A stretch of 64,000 nucleotides of DNA, from NCBI RefSeq assembly GCF_001447785.1, contig NW_015171620.1:1-64000 (forward strand). Direction: 5' to 3'. Source of the stretch: Gekko japonicus. Taxonomy: Eukaryota. The position numbers were made by a program, and so were the translations under genes. The notes beneath the pieces are model-generated. The model had not been told where the DNA came from and searched no databases. It saw only the letters and a program-made list of their open reading frames with translations. This document shows positions 62,728-64,000 of the stretch, piece after piece; within the stretch, counting starts at the first letter, position 1; each line of letters starts with the position of its first letter.

Positions 62728-63177
62728 CGGGGTATAAATACAAGCAGGGCTATTTGGGGGCAGGAACGCACAGGAACGGAGTTCCGGCTGGCTCCCGAGT
62801 TGGCCACGCCCAGCAGGAACTCATCAGCATAATAGGCCACACCCAACAGCAGAAACTCATTAGGATTGGCTACGTTAGGGGTGTGTGGCCTAACATGCAA
62901 AGGAGTTCCTGCAACAAGAAAAGCCCTGGGCTTTGACAACAAACAGGGTAAACAGAATAAGAAGCAAAAGGGGTGTGTGGCTGGATGACTACACTTCTGG
63001 TAACATGGGGGTGCGGCCTAATATGCTAATGAGCTGTGTTGTCTGGGGTGTGGCCTAATACACTTATGAGTTTCTGCTGTTGGGTGTGGTCTATTATGCT
63101 AATGAGTTCCTGCTGGACTTTTCCTACAAAAAGAGCCCTGAATACAAGTATAAATAAATAAATAAACCTAGACTCAC

Positions 63178-63325
63178 CTTGCCTCGATGCTGGATGTGGT
63201 GGTGCCGAAGGTGAGGCTCGGGAACAGCCACCGCGTCCCCAATCAGAACCCCCCAGCTCTGGGCCATGTTGTAAACTGTCACGGCGAAACAGGAGCCCTC
63301 GGCGGAGTCTGCCAAGCCGAAAGTG
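63178..63325 (-). CDS. TTC5: TTC5 (tetratricopeptide repeat protein 5 / Strap), penultimate coding exon
   Basis: Acceptor ccttggcag| and donor aag|gtgagt; encodes [49 protein letters not shown], recognisable as the TTC5 C-terminal OB-fold region. Confidence 0.93.
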
Positions 63326-63550
63326 CTGCCAAGGAGCAGAAAGGAAAGGACAAGGAAACATCAAGACGCATCAGTGTGGGTGAGTGGAGGCAGGCATCTC
63401 CACACAGTACACCACGACGGATCGATGACGCTCGGGGGAGGTTCTCGTTTTGTTGCAACTGAATGGAGCTTTTAACGGTTACTCTTGTTTTAATCGGATC
63501 ATCTCTTGGGGCCTCTACTTTGAGGGAAAGTGAGATATAAACATTTTAAA

Positions 63551-63757
63551 TAGGGCTGCCAACCTCCAGGAGGCACCCGGAGAGCTCCTCCTATAACAAC
63601 TGACCCCCAGATGGGCAAGATCAGCTCCCCTGTAGAAAACGGTGGCTCTAGTTGGTGGACTCTGTGGCATCGTACCCTGCCGAGGGCCCCTCCCCTCCCC
63701 AAGCCCCACCCTCCCCAAAATCTCCAGGTATTTCCCAATCCAAAGCTGGCAACCCTG
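63551..63757. mobile_element. hAT MITE (TAGGG.TGCCA type)
   Basis: TIR tagggctgcca / tggcaaccctg, near-TSD attttaaa/attttaag. Confidence 0.7.
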
Positions 63758-64000
63758 ATTTTAAGCAAAAAACAGATAAAAGATTCAAGTGTCTGGCTGT
63801 GTCCTATAAAGCTCTGAGACTGAGCTGTTTACGGGGACTGAGACTCCTAAACTCAGCTGAAAATGCCGTTCTAAAACGCATCCATCCACCCAACTCAAAC
63901 GTCAAGGGTAAGAACATAAGAGACGCCAATGTTGGATCAGGCCAAAGGCCCATCCAGTCCAACACTCTGTGTCACACAGTGGCCAGAAATACGTGGGGCC

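Overview
Vertebrate DNA from a squamate reptile, probably a gecko (inferred from its Sauria/Squam-type SINEs, BovB, CR1 and Penelope repeats). The window holds seven intact single-coding-exon olfactory receptor genes of the OR11G/H type, all on the + strand (2715-51640). They are followed by the last two coding exons and 3' UTR of TTC5 on the - strand, the same tail-to-tail OR11-TTC5 arrangement as at human 14q11.2. The OR genes sit in tandem-duplicated units heavily filled with SINEs, LINE 3' ends, hAT/Harbinger MITEs and Penelope-like inverted repeats. The most interesting unannotated structure is an upstream module shared by the OR paralogues. It consists of paired O/E (EBF)-like sites, an ATTTAT box, and a ~180-nt non-coding exon ending in AG|GTAYAG, paired with an acceptor AG placed directly in front of every OR ATG. 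In several copies the exon ends in an 8-codon uORF whose stop would sit one base before the OR start codon. Other notable observations are orphan promoters and ghost genes, three co-oriented CTCF motifs at the cluster/TTC5 border, TSD-flanked Penelope-like hairpins with hammerhead-like cores, and a Penelope insertion in the OR7 branch-point region. All regulatory and splicing calls come from reading the sequence by eye and need RNA or chromatin data. OR1-OR7 are my local labels in window order.
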